Position numbers and translations under genes: made by a program
Shown here: positions 17,258-25,524 of the stretch, one piece after another
How positions within the stretch are numbered: the stretch's first letter is position 1
How the letters are laid out: each line of letters opens with the position of its first letter
DNA from: an uncultured Verrucomicrobiota bacterium
GTDB taxonomy: Bacteria > Verrucomicrobiota > Verrucomicrobiia > Verrucomicrobiales > Verrucomicrobiaceae
Length of the DNA stretch: 64,000 nt
Direction: 5' to 3'
Assembly: GCA_903838675.1 (NCBI GenBank)
Contig: CAILZI010000111.1
Span: forward strand, 224-64,223
Notes under the pieces: model-generated
What the model was told of the DNA's origin: nothing
The model's input: only the letters and a program-made list of their open reading frames with translations
Database searches by the model: none

Positions 17258-17929
17258 CTATAATTTTTTAATTGCCGCTCCTGTTCTGTTGGAGACTATG
17301 ATTTTGTTCCAAAGGGAGGTGGCGACGCCAGTCCACACATATTTGCATTGCTTCGATCCATGGCTTCGCTTTATGTTTTCGACAGTGAGCGGCGTTGATT
17401 GATACACGGCACGGGCTTCTAACTCACGCTCTTCGCCTGCCTTCATGGGAAATGGTAGAGTCCACTCGCTCAAAAAATCCACATTGACCAGAAGGTCATC
17501 TCCTGGCGCGAGTGTCATCACTTTAGGAAACCCCATGCTGCAGGTGTAACCGCGGCTAGTGTGTGCCTGAAAGACCTTGTCTCGCGCACGTGGATACCGA
17601 AACTCTATTGCCATTGCAGAATCTCCTTGTGGACAATAGGGGGCCCATAAGGTCAATGCTTTCTTCGTGGTGTTCGAGATTTTCAAATGGATTATCGTAT
17701 GTGGAGCGAAGAGAATGAGGTTTAACAGCCCATCACGAGTTGAGCGGGCGGACCGACCGCTCGAGTCGTAAATTGTCACTGCGACATCGCTGCTACCCTT
17801 CTCGTGCGAGGCCAACGTTAAATGAGAATGGCCTTTCGAGGCGCATGAAGACAAAGTGCTCATGGTTGCAATTGCCAGCACCTTGATGATCAACTGCTTC
17901 GTTAGCTTAATGCAAAGTCTAGCGCGCAT
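17258..17929 (-). CDS. Hypothetical exported protein, probable lipoprotein
   Basis: IIKVLAIATMSTLSSC lipobox-like segment; AT-rich relative to the window; start moved to ATG 17929. Confidence 0.55.
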   Translation of the reverse strand: MRARLCIKLTKQLIIKVLAIATMSTLSSCASKGHSHLTLASHEKGSSDVAVTIYDSSGRSARSTRDGLLNLILFAPHTIIHLKISNTTKKALTLWAPYCPQGDSAMAIEFRYPRARDKVFQAHTSRGYTCSMGFPKVMTLAPGDDLLVNVDFLSEWTLPFPMKAGEERELEARAVYQSTPLTVENIKRSHGSKQCKYVWTGVATSLWNKIIVSNRTGAAIKKL

Positions 17930-18023
17930 GGGAATAGTTTTACACGACAGTGGTCTATTCAGGCAACTCATATGTGAGTCTGGACCTAGTGGGTGCTGAA
18001 GGCTGTATGTCATTGCCTGACAC

Positions 18024-18056
18024 AAAAACGCCCTCTCCCGAACGGAAGAGGGCGTT
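18024..18056 (-). terminator. Intrinsic terminator of the isomerase gene
   Basis: aacgccctct...agagggcgtt stem with an A5 run on the plus strand (U-tract on the minus strand), 39 bp past the stop. Confidence 0.8.
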
Positions 18057-18094
18057 GAATCTCAAGAGTGTTTTGTTCTCTGCGATGCAGCTAC

Positions 18095-18958
18095 TTACGC
18101 CACGATCGGATGCAGATTGGCTTTGCACCACTCGCCATTCTGCTTGGTCACGCCATCGGGGTCATCGACGGCGACATGGGCTTCGTCTTCGCAGATGATC
18201 CAGCCGGAGTAGTTGCGGGAGACGAGCCATTCGGTGATCTTGTGGAAGTCGAGCTTGCCGGTGCCCATTTGCGCCCAAGGCTCGGCGCCGTTGCCGGAGA
18301 AGTCTTTGTAATGGATGTGGTTCACCAGGTGCTGCCACTTGTTGAGGGTGGCGATGACGTCCATGCCGCCGCGGATGATGTGGCCCACGTCGGGAGTCCA
18401 GCCGGTGACTTTGGGGTCGAGGCTGCTGAGGACGACGTCGTAGTCTTCCTGGGTGCGGACGAGGGAGGCGGGCGGGGAGTTCGGGTGGTAGGAGGCCTTG
18501 ATGCCGAGATCAGCGGCGCGCTGGGAAACGCGGTTGACGTTCTTGGCGATGTTGAGGCGGCGGCTCTGGAGGTTGTCTTTGCGGCCGCTTGGCAGCGTCA
18601 CCGTGCCGAGCATGGAGCCGGGGAAGTGCTTGAGGAAGTTGAGGGTGAAGTCAGCGGCTTCCTTTTCATTGGGCGCTTCGGTTTCACCATCCCAGGCGCA
18701 GACGAGAGCGAGGCCAGCGAGCTGCACGTTGTACTTCTGCAGCACGTCCTTGAGCTTGATGGGGTCGATGAAGTCACCGAGCCAGTACTTGGAGCAGCCG
18801 AGGGCGCTCTGGGAGATTTCCAGCACCATGGGTTCGATGCCGGTGAAGCCTGCTTCGCCTGCGACCTTGATCATGTGGTCGAGCTTGTTGTCGTAGCCTT
18901 TGCCGGTGCCCTGCATGAACCAGGTGTAGACTTCGGAACCGAATTGGATTTTGCCCAT
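18095..18958 (-). CDS. Sugar phosphate isomerase/epimerase (IolE / xylose-isomerase-like TIM barrel)
   Basis: AGFTGIE, SYHPNS, PDVGHI, HIHYKD, MGTGKLDF, WIICEDE metal-binding motifs. Confidence 0.85.
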   Translation of the reverse strand: MGKIQFGSEVYTWFMQGTGKGYDNKLDHMIKVAGEAGFTGIEPMVLEISQSALGCSKYWLGDFIDPIKLKDVLQKYNVQLAGLALVCAWDGETEAPNEKEAADFTLNFLKHFPGSMLGTVTLPSGRKDNLQSRRLNIAKNVNRVSQRAADLGIKASYHPNSPPASLVRTQEDYDVVLSSLDPKVTGWTPDVGHIIRGGMDVIATLNKWQHLVNHIHYKDFSGNGAEPWAQMGTGKLDFHKITEWLVSRNYSGWIICEDEAHVAVDDPDGVTKQNGEWCKANLHPIVA

Positions 18959-19087
18959 GGTGTGAGTGTGGTGGTGGATTGCTTTGGAGAAATCACGACG
19001 GCCAGTGCGGCCGGTGGAGCGGCATTGGAGCGAACGAGCGTGAACTGTAAAGCGGCAAAATGCTGTGGGAGCCTACTGATCAGATCA

Positions 19088-19158
19088 ACACCGCAGAGAT
19101 GGGAACGCCGAAGAGTTCTTCTGAAACCACCTCTGCGGCGTTCCTCACTCTGCGGTGT
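19088..19158. repeat. Long imperfect inverted repeat (REP-like)
   Basis: acaccgcagag...ggaacgccgaagag paired with ctctgcggcgttcc...ctctgcggtgt. Confidence 0.8.
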
Positions 19159-19181
19159 AAATCTCAATGTTTTCTAGAGTA

Positions 19182-19805
19182 CTACGGCTTCTCCGGCGGT
19201 GGTGGAAGTCCTGCTGGGATGGTGGGCTTGTCGCGGTCCCGGATGTCGTGGGCGATCTCGGCGATGACGTTGGTGCTTTCGCGGCTCTTGGTTTTGGTCA
19301 AGGTAAGAGGGATGTGGAGGGTGCTGCGGCTGAGTCCGCTGCGGCGCATGACGAGCACCTCGGCATCCATGACGATGTCGTGCTGCTTTTTGGCATCGAG
19401 GCTGACGTAGGGCCCCAGGAGCAGGCTGGCGCGGGTGGTTGCGGGAGTCAGGGTGGGCTTGAACTCGGCGCGGCCGGCAAAGCCCCGGGCTTCCATGACG
19501 GCGTTGAATCCCCCGGCACCGCTGAGGCGCATGCTTTTGACTTCAAACCACTGCTGATCTCCCGGCTGGCCAAAGGCGTGCAGGCGCATCTGGTAGGGGC
19601 CGACTTCGGAAATCAAGGCCCCGCCGACGACCATGGCACTGAGGGCGATGCCTGATTCCCGGGCCTTGGGGATGAACTCCACCCTAAAAGCGCTGCCCGC
19701 TGCCGTGGGGGCGGGTGATTTGGACTGGTAGTCGTAATGCGTGGTGAAAGTGTGGATGCAGGAGGGCAGCCAAAGGAGGGCAAGCAAGGAGAGCAGGGGA
19801 CGCAT
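19182..19805 (-). CDS. Hypothetical lipoprotein
   Basis: MRPLLSLLALLWLPSC lipobox, host-like codon usage. The upstream part of the 366-aa track ORF is antisense to the PEP-CTERM gene. Confidence 0.7.
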   Translation of the reverse strand: MRPLLSLLALLWLPSCIHTFTTHYDYQSKSPAPTAAGSAFRVEFIPKARESGIALSAMVVGGALISEVGPYQMRLHAFGQPGDQQWFEVKSMRLSGAGGFNAVMEARGFAGRAEFKPTLTPATTRASLLLGPYVSLDAKKQHDIVMDAEVLVMRRSGLSRSTLHIPLTLTKTKSRESTNVIAEIAHDIRDRDKPTIPAGLPPPPEKP

Positions 19806-19890
19806 GAGCGCCAAAATGCAGGGGTGGAAGGCGGGAAGCGAGCCCGAAATGGGGGCAAGAAACTTCGGATTAGGAAAACAATCAGTGGCA

Positions 19891-19919
19891 TTGACAATAT
19901 ATGTGATATTTAATATAAT
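19891..19919 (+). promoter_or_regulatory. Perfect sigma70 consensus promoter TTGACA-N17-TATAAT
   Basis: ttgaca 19891-19896, tataat 19914-19919; ATG only 9 nt after the -10 box. Confidence 0.85.
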
Positions 19920-19928
19920 TACAATAAC

Positions 19929-20555
19929 ATGCCGGTTTCTCGCATTCTCGCTTTGCTTGCTGCTCTCGCCCTGCCCCTTGGCTCGGCGCAGGCGCTGACT
20001 TGGGATGAGACGATCAACGGAGACCTGTCCGGCGATGGCACTGCGCCGACGCTGCTCGGTACTTTGTCCTCTGGGGACAATCTGATTAGCGGCACCATGG
20101 GTTCTCTCAATGGCACAGGGCCTCTGGATGCGGACATCTGGAATTTCACCGTCGCCTCTGGCTATGACCTGACGGGGATCAATCTGACGTATTATAAAGC
20201 CGCCAGCGGCAGCTTGTTGAATGAGTCCTTCATGGCGATCGCCACCGGTGGATCGATCGACCAGAACGATCCGTCGAATCACCTGAGCAATGCGCTGTGG
20301 GGCTACGGGCAGGACAGTTTTGGCAACACCTACACCGACCTTCTGGCGTTGCTGGATGCGGGTCCGGCGTTTGGGGGCATCGGGTTCAATGGGCCGCTGA
20401 CGCCGGGGAACTACACCTTCTGGATTCAGGAGGGGTCTGACCAGATCAACTACAAAATCGATTTTGTGACGTCTCCCGTTCCTGTGCCAGAGCCGGGCAG
20501 CCTGCTGCTGCTGGGAGTGGCTGGTTTGTGGACGCTGCGCCGTCGGCGGCGGTGA
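19929..20555 (+). CDS. PEP-CTERM exosortase-target surface protein
   Basis: Signal peptide; C-terminal VPEPGSLLLLGVAGLWTLRRRRR. Confidence 0.93.
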   Translation: MPVSRILALLAALALPLGSAQALTWDETINGDLSGDGTAPTLLGTLSSGDNLISGTMGSLNGTGPLDADIWNFTVASGYDLTGINLTYYKAASGSLLNESFMAIATGGSIDQNDPSNHLSNALWGYGQDSFGNTYTDLLALLDAGPAFGGIGFNGPLTPGNYTFWIQEGSDQINYKIDFVTSPVPVPEPGSLLLLGVAGLWTLRRRRR

Positions 20556-20598
20556 ATGGTTTGCAAAGCGCCGTGGCCGCAGCTAAGGCGGCACGCAC

Positions 20599-22095
20599 AT
20601 GATTCGGAATCTATTGTTCGACTGGTCCGGCACGCTGGTGGATGACCTGCCAGGCGTGGTGTTTGCCGTGAACGGCATGCTGCGCGCCGCTGGAGTGGCG
20701 GAAATGACGCGGGAGGAATTCAAGACGCGGTTTCGCCTGCCCTACACCGAGTTTTTTGCGGAGGTGCTGCCGGGCCTGCCGCTGGAGCGCCTGCAGCAGC
20801 TTTATCTGGAGCACTTCACACATGCACATGCAGACATCCGCCTGCTGCCCCACGCGCTGGAGTGCCTCAAGCACGCCGCCGCCACGGGGCGCCGACTCGT
20901 GGTGCTGAGCAGTGCGCCGCTGCCGCATGTGGCGGCCCAGGCGGAGGCTCTGGGGGTGCGGGATCTGTTTGAAGTCATGCGCTGCGGAGTCATCGACAAA
21001 CGCACCGAAATCCACGGGCTGCTGGCGGAGCTGGACATGGCCGCCGCAGAGACTGCCTTCATCGGCGACATGCGGCATGACATTGATGCGGGCCATGCCG
21101 CCGGGGTGGTGACCATCGCCACGTGTACCGGCTACGAAAGCGCCGAGACGCTCATGACATCTGCGCCAGACATGCTGGTGCCCGATCTCTCGCGTCTGCC
21201 TGCCTGGCTGGGGCCTCTGGGCGGGAGTGATGGGGCCTACCCGGTGTCCACCGTGGGGGCGCTCATTTTGAACTCAAAAGGTGAGATGCTGCTCATCCGG
21301 ACGCACAAGTGGAGCCACCGCTGGGGCATCCCCGGGGGGAAGATCAAACGCGGCGAAACCTGCGAGGAGGCGCTCATTCGCGAGATCCAGGAGGAAACTG
21401 CGCTCACGCTGCAGGGCATCGAATTCGTCATGGTGCAGGACTGCATTGAGCCGGTGGAGTTTCAGCGGTCCGCTCACTTTCTGCTGCTGAACTACATCGC
21501 ACGCTGTGCCGATGACGCACCGCCGGTGGTGCTGAATGAGGAGGCGCAGGCCTTTCAATGGCTGCCGCTGGCCGAGGCCCTGCAGATGGATCTGAACATC
21601 CCCACGCGAGTTCTGCTGGACGAATGCATGAGGCAGGGGCTGCTGGGCGAAAAGCCGAATGAAGCTCCAGCACCGCAAGCCCTGGCCGGGACTTCCGCAT
21701 TGTCAGATCCCCATCCCCGGCTAAAACCACCACCCCACATGCTTCCTCCTGACGAAATACGTATTTCCGCCCTGCGCCTGACCACGCACATCGGTGTTCC
21801 TGAGGAGGAGCGGGCCGGGAGCCAGGTGCTGGAGGCGGACGTCACCCTGCGCATTCGCCGGCGTTTTGAGGCGATGGACGATGACCTTGCGGCGACGATC
21901 GACTACGCCGCAGTCGCCGCGCGGCTGCAGGCACTGGCGGCGGAGCGGCCCCGGCGGCTGATCGAAACCCTCGCAGCCGAGATGGCGGCGTGTGTGCTGG
22001 AGGAATTTCAAGCCATTGGTGTGACCCTGGAATTGCGCAAACGCATCCTGCCGGACACGGATCATGTGGCGGTGCGTCTTGTGCGTGGAGACTGA
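20599..22095 (+). CDS. folB: Three-domain fusion: HAD phosphatase, Nudix hydrolase, dihydroneopterin aldolase (FolB)
   Basis: HAD motifs FDWSGT / LSS / DK / IGDMRHD; Nudix box GGKIKRGETCEEALIREIQEET; FolB HIGVPEEER...DDDLAATIDYA...LIETLA...LELRK. No stop codon in 498 codons. Confidence 0.88.
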   Translation: MIRNLLFDWSGTLVDDLPGVVFAVNGMLRAAGVAEMTREEFKTRFRLPYTEFFAEVLPGLPLERLQQLYLEHFTHAHADIRLLPHALECLKHAAATGRRLVVLSSAPLPHVAAQAEALGVRDLFEVMRCGVIDKRTEIHGLLAELDMAAAETAFIGDMRHDIDAGHAAGVVTIATCTGYESAETLMTSAPDMLVPDLSRLPAWLGPLGGSDGAYPVSTVGALILNSKGEMLLIRTHKWSHRWGIPGGKIKRGETCEEALIREIQEETALTLQGIEFVMVQDCIEPVEFQRSAHFLLLNYIARCADDAPPVVLNEEAQAFQWLPLAEALQMDLNIPTRVLLDECMRQGLLGEKPNEAPAPQALAGTSALSDPHPRLKPPPHMLPPDEIRISALRLTTHIGVPEEERAGSQVLEADVTLRIRRRFEAMDDDLAATIDYAAVAARLQALAAERPRRLIETLAAEMAACVLEEFQAIGVTLELRKRILPDTDHVAVRLVRGD

Positions 22096-22192
22096 ACGGA
22101 ATGGCAGGTGCGGCGTCCAAAGACCCCAGTCTTGCCGGTCAGAGCCAGCCCGCCTGGTGCACGTCCACACAAGAAAACCATTCTACCAAACC

Positions 22193-22399
22193 ATGAAATC
22201 TTTGCACCTTATCGTGGCCGCATTGCTTGCCTCCACTCTTCTCATCTCCTGCGGCACCCATGCCGATTCGCGGCAACCCACAGTGTCCCAGCAGGATGCC
22301 TATGATTTGAGCTGGGGACTGACACCGCGCAAAGCGCGTGGCAATCCGAAGATGCGCTATCAGTACAATTCCAGAGCCGAGCAGGCCTCCGCGCCCTGA
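22193..22399 (+). CDS. Small lipoprotein, paralog 1 (68 aa, apparently truncated by a 1-nt deletion)
   Basis: MKSLHLIVAALLASTLLISC lipobox; shares RGNPKMRYQYNSRAEQ with the next gene. Confidence 0.7.
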   Translation: MKSLHLIVAALLASTLLISCGTHADSRQPTVSQQDAYDLSWGLTPRKARGNPKMRYQYNSRAEQASAP

Positions 22400-22423
22400 G
22401 TTTCGGCCCCGCAGCACCTGCCT

Positions 22424-22453
22424 GTGGCCAGGCGTGGTGAGCCTGGAGACTGA
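22424..22453 (+). other. Orphan diverged copy of the folB 3' end
   Basis: gtggccaggcgtggtgagcctggagactga versus 22066-22095: 23/30 nt, V-A-x-R-x-x-x-G-D-stop; downstream intergenic sequence is also duplicated (offset 358). Confidence 0.7.
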
Positions 22454-22550
22454 ACGAAAAGGCTGGCGCAGCGTCCAAGACTTCGATCTTGCCAGCCAGT
22501 GCCAGCCCGCCTAGTATCGTGGCTCGTTAAGAATTCAATTTTGCCAAACA

Positions 22551-22865
22551 ATGACATCTCTGCGCTACCTTTTTGCCGCTCTGCTTGCCTCCACTCTTCT
22601 CGTTTCCTGCGGTTCCTTTGAGCATGTTGACTCACGTCATCCCACAGTGGCCCAGCAGGATGTTTTCGATGTGAGCTGGGGCCTGCCCCCACGTAAATCT
22701 CGTGGCAACCCGAAGATGCGCTATCAGTACAACTCCAGAGCTGAGCAGTCCGCCGCTCCTATGAGTCTCGAGCCTGCGGCACGTACCGCTCCCGTGCTGG
22801 CACCCACACCTGCGCCGAGCCAAGCCGCCCCGAGCAGCCCAACGATCCCGCCCAATCTGCGCTAA
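22551..22865 (+). CDS. Small lipoprotein, paralog 2 (104 aa, Pro/Ala-rich tail)
   Basis: LLASTLLVSC lipobox; conserved SWGLxPRKxRGNPKMRYQYNSRAEQ core. Confidence 0.75.
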   Translation: MTSLRYLFAALLASTLLVSCGSFEHVDSRHPTVAQQDVFDVSWGLPPRKSRGNPKMRYQYNSRAEQSAAPMSLEPAARTAPVLAPTPAPSQAAPSSPTIPPNLR

Positions 22866-22911
22866 CTGCGGCATGGCTTTTGCTTTCCTGTTTTTTTAAT
22901 TCGTACGACAC

Positions 22912-23853
22912 GTGAAGACTCCGCTTCTGACCTGCCTGCTGGCCTTTGGCTGCCATGCCGCATTGACCGCCCAGCAGATAAAGGCTCCGGAATCGCTCCG
23001 GCCAAGCACGGCTCCGGCTGTGCCAGCTCCAACCAAAACTCCGTCCACCGAGGAGATCGACAAGCTGGCTGAAGAAGCGCAGAAGGCGCTGTTTAAGTCC
23101 GTGGACAAGGCTGGCGGCGGGACGGCCACCACCGGCGCAAATGACAGCTCCAAATACACCCCATACGCCTCCTCCACCCCGATGCGCCTGCCGGTGCAGC
23201 GTGCGGAAGATCCTGCGCTTTGGGCCAAAGATTCAGTGCACAAGCTTGCAGTCATGGATGTGGCGATTGGAGGCTCTCGTGAAACGGTCATGATCGAGCT
23301 GTTTCCGAACGACGCGCCGCAGACGGTGAACAATTTCATCGATCTATGTGACAGCGGTTTCTACAACGGTCTGGCCTTCCACCGTGCCATTGAAGGCTTT
23401 CTGGTGCAGACCGGCGATCCGCTGACATCGGATGAATCCGCACGCCTCAAATGGGGTACGGGTGGCGAAGACAAAACGATTCCTGCCGAGATCAAACTCC
23501 CACATCGTGTCGGAGCCGTGGCCATGGCACGCCGCTCAGACAAGGTCAATCCTGAACGCCGCTCGAACGGTTCGCAGTTTTACGTGACTCTGGGCAATTA
23601 CGGTGTGCTTGAAGGCAAATACACTGTCTTTGGCCAGGTGGTGTCGGGCATCGAAACTTTCAAGAGCATCTCCATGATGCCAGTGGATGCCAACGATTGT
23701 CCCGTGGCCCGGATCGAGATCAAATCCGTCAAAGTCATCACTCAGAAGGGGCCCATGCAGCTGCCTGCGATGTCTGCTGGCGAAGGCCGGCGCTACATCA
23801 AACCGGATGCGGCGCGCAGCCTGATGGGCCGGTTCTTCCACCATGTGTGGTAA
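22912..23853 (+). CDS. Exported cyclophilin-type peptidyl-prolyl isomerase
   Basis: IELFPNDAPQTVNNF, FYNGLAFHRAIEGFLVQTGDP, GAVAMAR, NGSQFYV, YTVFGQVVSG; signal peptide and Pro/Ala linker. Confidence 0.93.
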   Translation: MKTPLLTCLLAFGCHAALTAQQIKAPESLRPSTAPAVPAPTKTPSTEEIDKLAEEAQKALFKSVDKAGGGTATTGANDSSKYTPYASSTPMRLPVQRAEDPALWAKDSVHKLAVMDVAIGGSRETVMIELFPNDAPQTVNNFIDLCDSGFYNGLAFHRAIEGFLVQTGDPLTSDESARLKWGTGGEDKTIPAEIKLPHRVGAVAMARRSDKVNPERRSNGSQFYVTLGNYGVLEGKYTVFGQVVSGIETFKSISMMPVDANDCPVARIEIKSVKVITQKGPMQLPAMSAGEGRRYIKPDAARSLMGRFFHHVW

Positions 23854-23892
23854 GTCCGCTTCGACACGAGCTTTTGCGTGAGGTCTGCTGCA

Positions 23893-25422
23893 TCACTTGG
23901 CAGGCAGTTCAAAACAGACGGCTTCGCGGTCATTGCGCACCAGCAGCCAGCGCCCTGCCAGCGTTGGCGGATTCCAAGTCTTGGCATGCAGGGCCTCCAG
24001 CCGTGAGACTTCCTCCAGCTTTTCAGGGTTGGCTTTGACCAGTGCGACGAATCCTTTCTCCGCCTGTACGAGCATCCAGTGGTCTCCCACGCGCATCTGC
24101 TGGCCAAAGCCGTAGCGTCCTTCGCGCCAGCCGCGCTCACCGGTGGCCAGATCCACACAGCAGAGGGTGCCTTCATCCAGGGCGTAGCCATGGGTGCCGA
24201 ACACACTGGCGCTGCTAAACTTCGTGCGCGGAGCGCTGGCCGCCCAGACGGATGACACGGCCAGCTTGCCGTCGGCCCCGGCCTTGATCTCCAGCAGATG
24301 GCTCTTCAAGCCGTAGCTGGTGGTGATGAGAATTCTCTCCGGTGTCACCTGTACGGGCTGGCAGACTTTGGGGAACATGCCGGGCCAGTCAAACTTCCAC
24401 AGCACGGTGCCGGTGTCAGGATCATGCCCGGTGACGGAGTTGCTATTCACGCTCAGGATTTGTTCACGGCCCGCCAGCGACATGAGTACGGGTGAGCTGT
24501 AGCTGCCGCCATCCTCCCCGGCCTTCCAGACCAGTTGTCCGTCAGTGAGGCGGCAGGCGATGAGCGTGGCGCCGTTGTCACCACCACTGCATACGATATT
24601 GTTCCCCACGATCAAGGGGGCGGCACTTTTGCCCCACTCCGGGCTTTTGGTCGTGCCTGACTCCTTCAGGATGTCTTTGCTCCAGCGGACTTTCCCGTTG
24701 GCCAGATCCAGGCAGTTGAGCAAGCCCTTGGAGCCCATCGTGAAAACCATGTTTTGCGCCAGATCGACCGTGGGCGTCGAGCGCGGGCCGATGCCGCCCA
24801 TCGGCTCATCGAAGCGGGTCACATCGGCATGCGCCCAGAGCAGCTTGCCGGTGGCGATGTCATAGCAGGTCACGTATTCCTCCGTACCCCGCTGCTCTTG
24901 CGTAAGCGCGCGGCCCCCGGCGACGGCAAAACCGGCCCAGCCGTCACCCACCTTGATGCGCCATACCTCACGCGGCGGGTGCGCTTTCCAGTCGGTCTGC
25001 CAGTCGGGTTCGGGCAATACACCGTCTCCCTTGGTGCCGAGGAAGCGTGGCATGTCCGCCACTCCTGTCGGGATGGCGGAGGGAACTGCTGCAGCGTCTG
25101 CACCGCCGTGGAGTTTCGGCAGCGCTTCCTGCTGCTGCCAGCGCCAGGCGAGGCTTGGAAAGGCTGAGCCGTCTGCAGAGCCATCGTAGCGGATCAGGAA
25201 CTTGAACGCGGCCATGACGGCAATGACTCCCAGGATGAACAGACCCAGGCGCTTCAGCCGCACTCCACGAAGGTGCAGGGCCCACCAGAGACTGAAGAGG
25301 AGCAGCCAAAGAGGGATGAGAATCATCAAACCGCCGGAGCGAAAAACGTGGTCAGTGGCCCAGAGCCAGGCAAGCAATCCACCAAACAGGAGGGTGAGGA
25401 AAAGAGGGAATTTCGGGATCAT
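23893..25422 (-). CDS. Membrane-anchored PQQ-like beta-propeller (BamB-like repeat) protein
   Basis: Three N-terminal TM segments, then repeated xCxDxxTGKxxW motifs, GPRSTP, YSSP. Confidence 0.85.
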   Translation of the reverse strand: MIPKFPLFLTLLFGGLLAWLWATDHVFRSGGLMILIPLWLLLFSLWWALHLRGVRLKRLGLFILGVIAVMAAFKFLIRYDGSADGSAFPSLAWRWQQQEALPKLHGGADAAAVPSAIPTGVADMPRFLGTKGDGVLPEPDWQTDWKAHPPREVWRIKVGDGWAGFAVAGGRALTQEQRGTEEYVTCYDIATGKLLWAHADVTRFDEPMGGIGPRSTPTVDLAQNMVFTMGSKGLLNCLDLANGKVRWSKDILKESGTTKSPEWGKSAAPLIVGNNIVCSGGDNGATLIACRLTDGQLVWKAGEDGGSYSSPVLMSLAGREQILSVNSNSVTGHDPDTGTVLWKFDWPGMFPKVCQPVQVTPERILITTSYGLKSHLLEIKAGADGKLAVSSVWAASAPRTKFSSASVFGTHGYALDEGTLCCVDLATGERGWREGRYGFGQQMRVGDHWMLVQAEKGFVALVKANPEKLEEVSRLEALHAKTWNPPTLAGRWLLVRNDREAVCFELPAK

Positions 25423-25524
25423 GAGGGTGTTGTTCGCGTCTTTCTACGTCTGCCGCAGTTCAAAGGAAATGGCTGGCGTTTATTTGGCGTATGTCTCAAC
25501 CTCCGCCAGTTCCCACCAATCCAC

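Noticed and set aside
10859-19805. Active integron or prophage
   Set aside because: No tyrosine recombinase, attI or phage genes; most spacers lack attC features.
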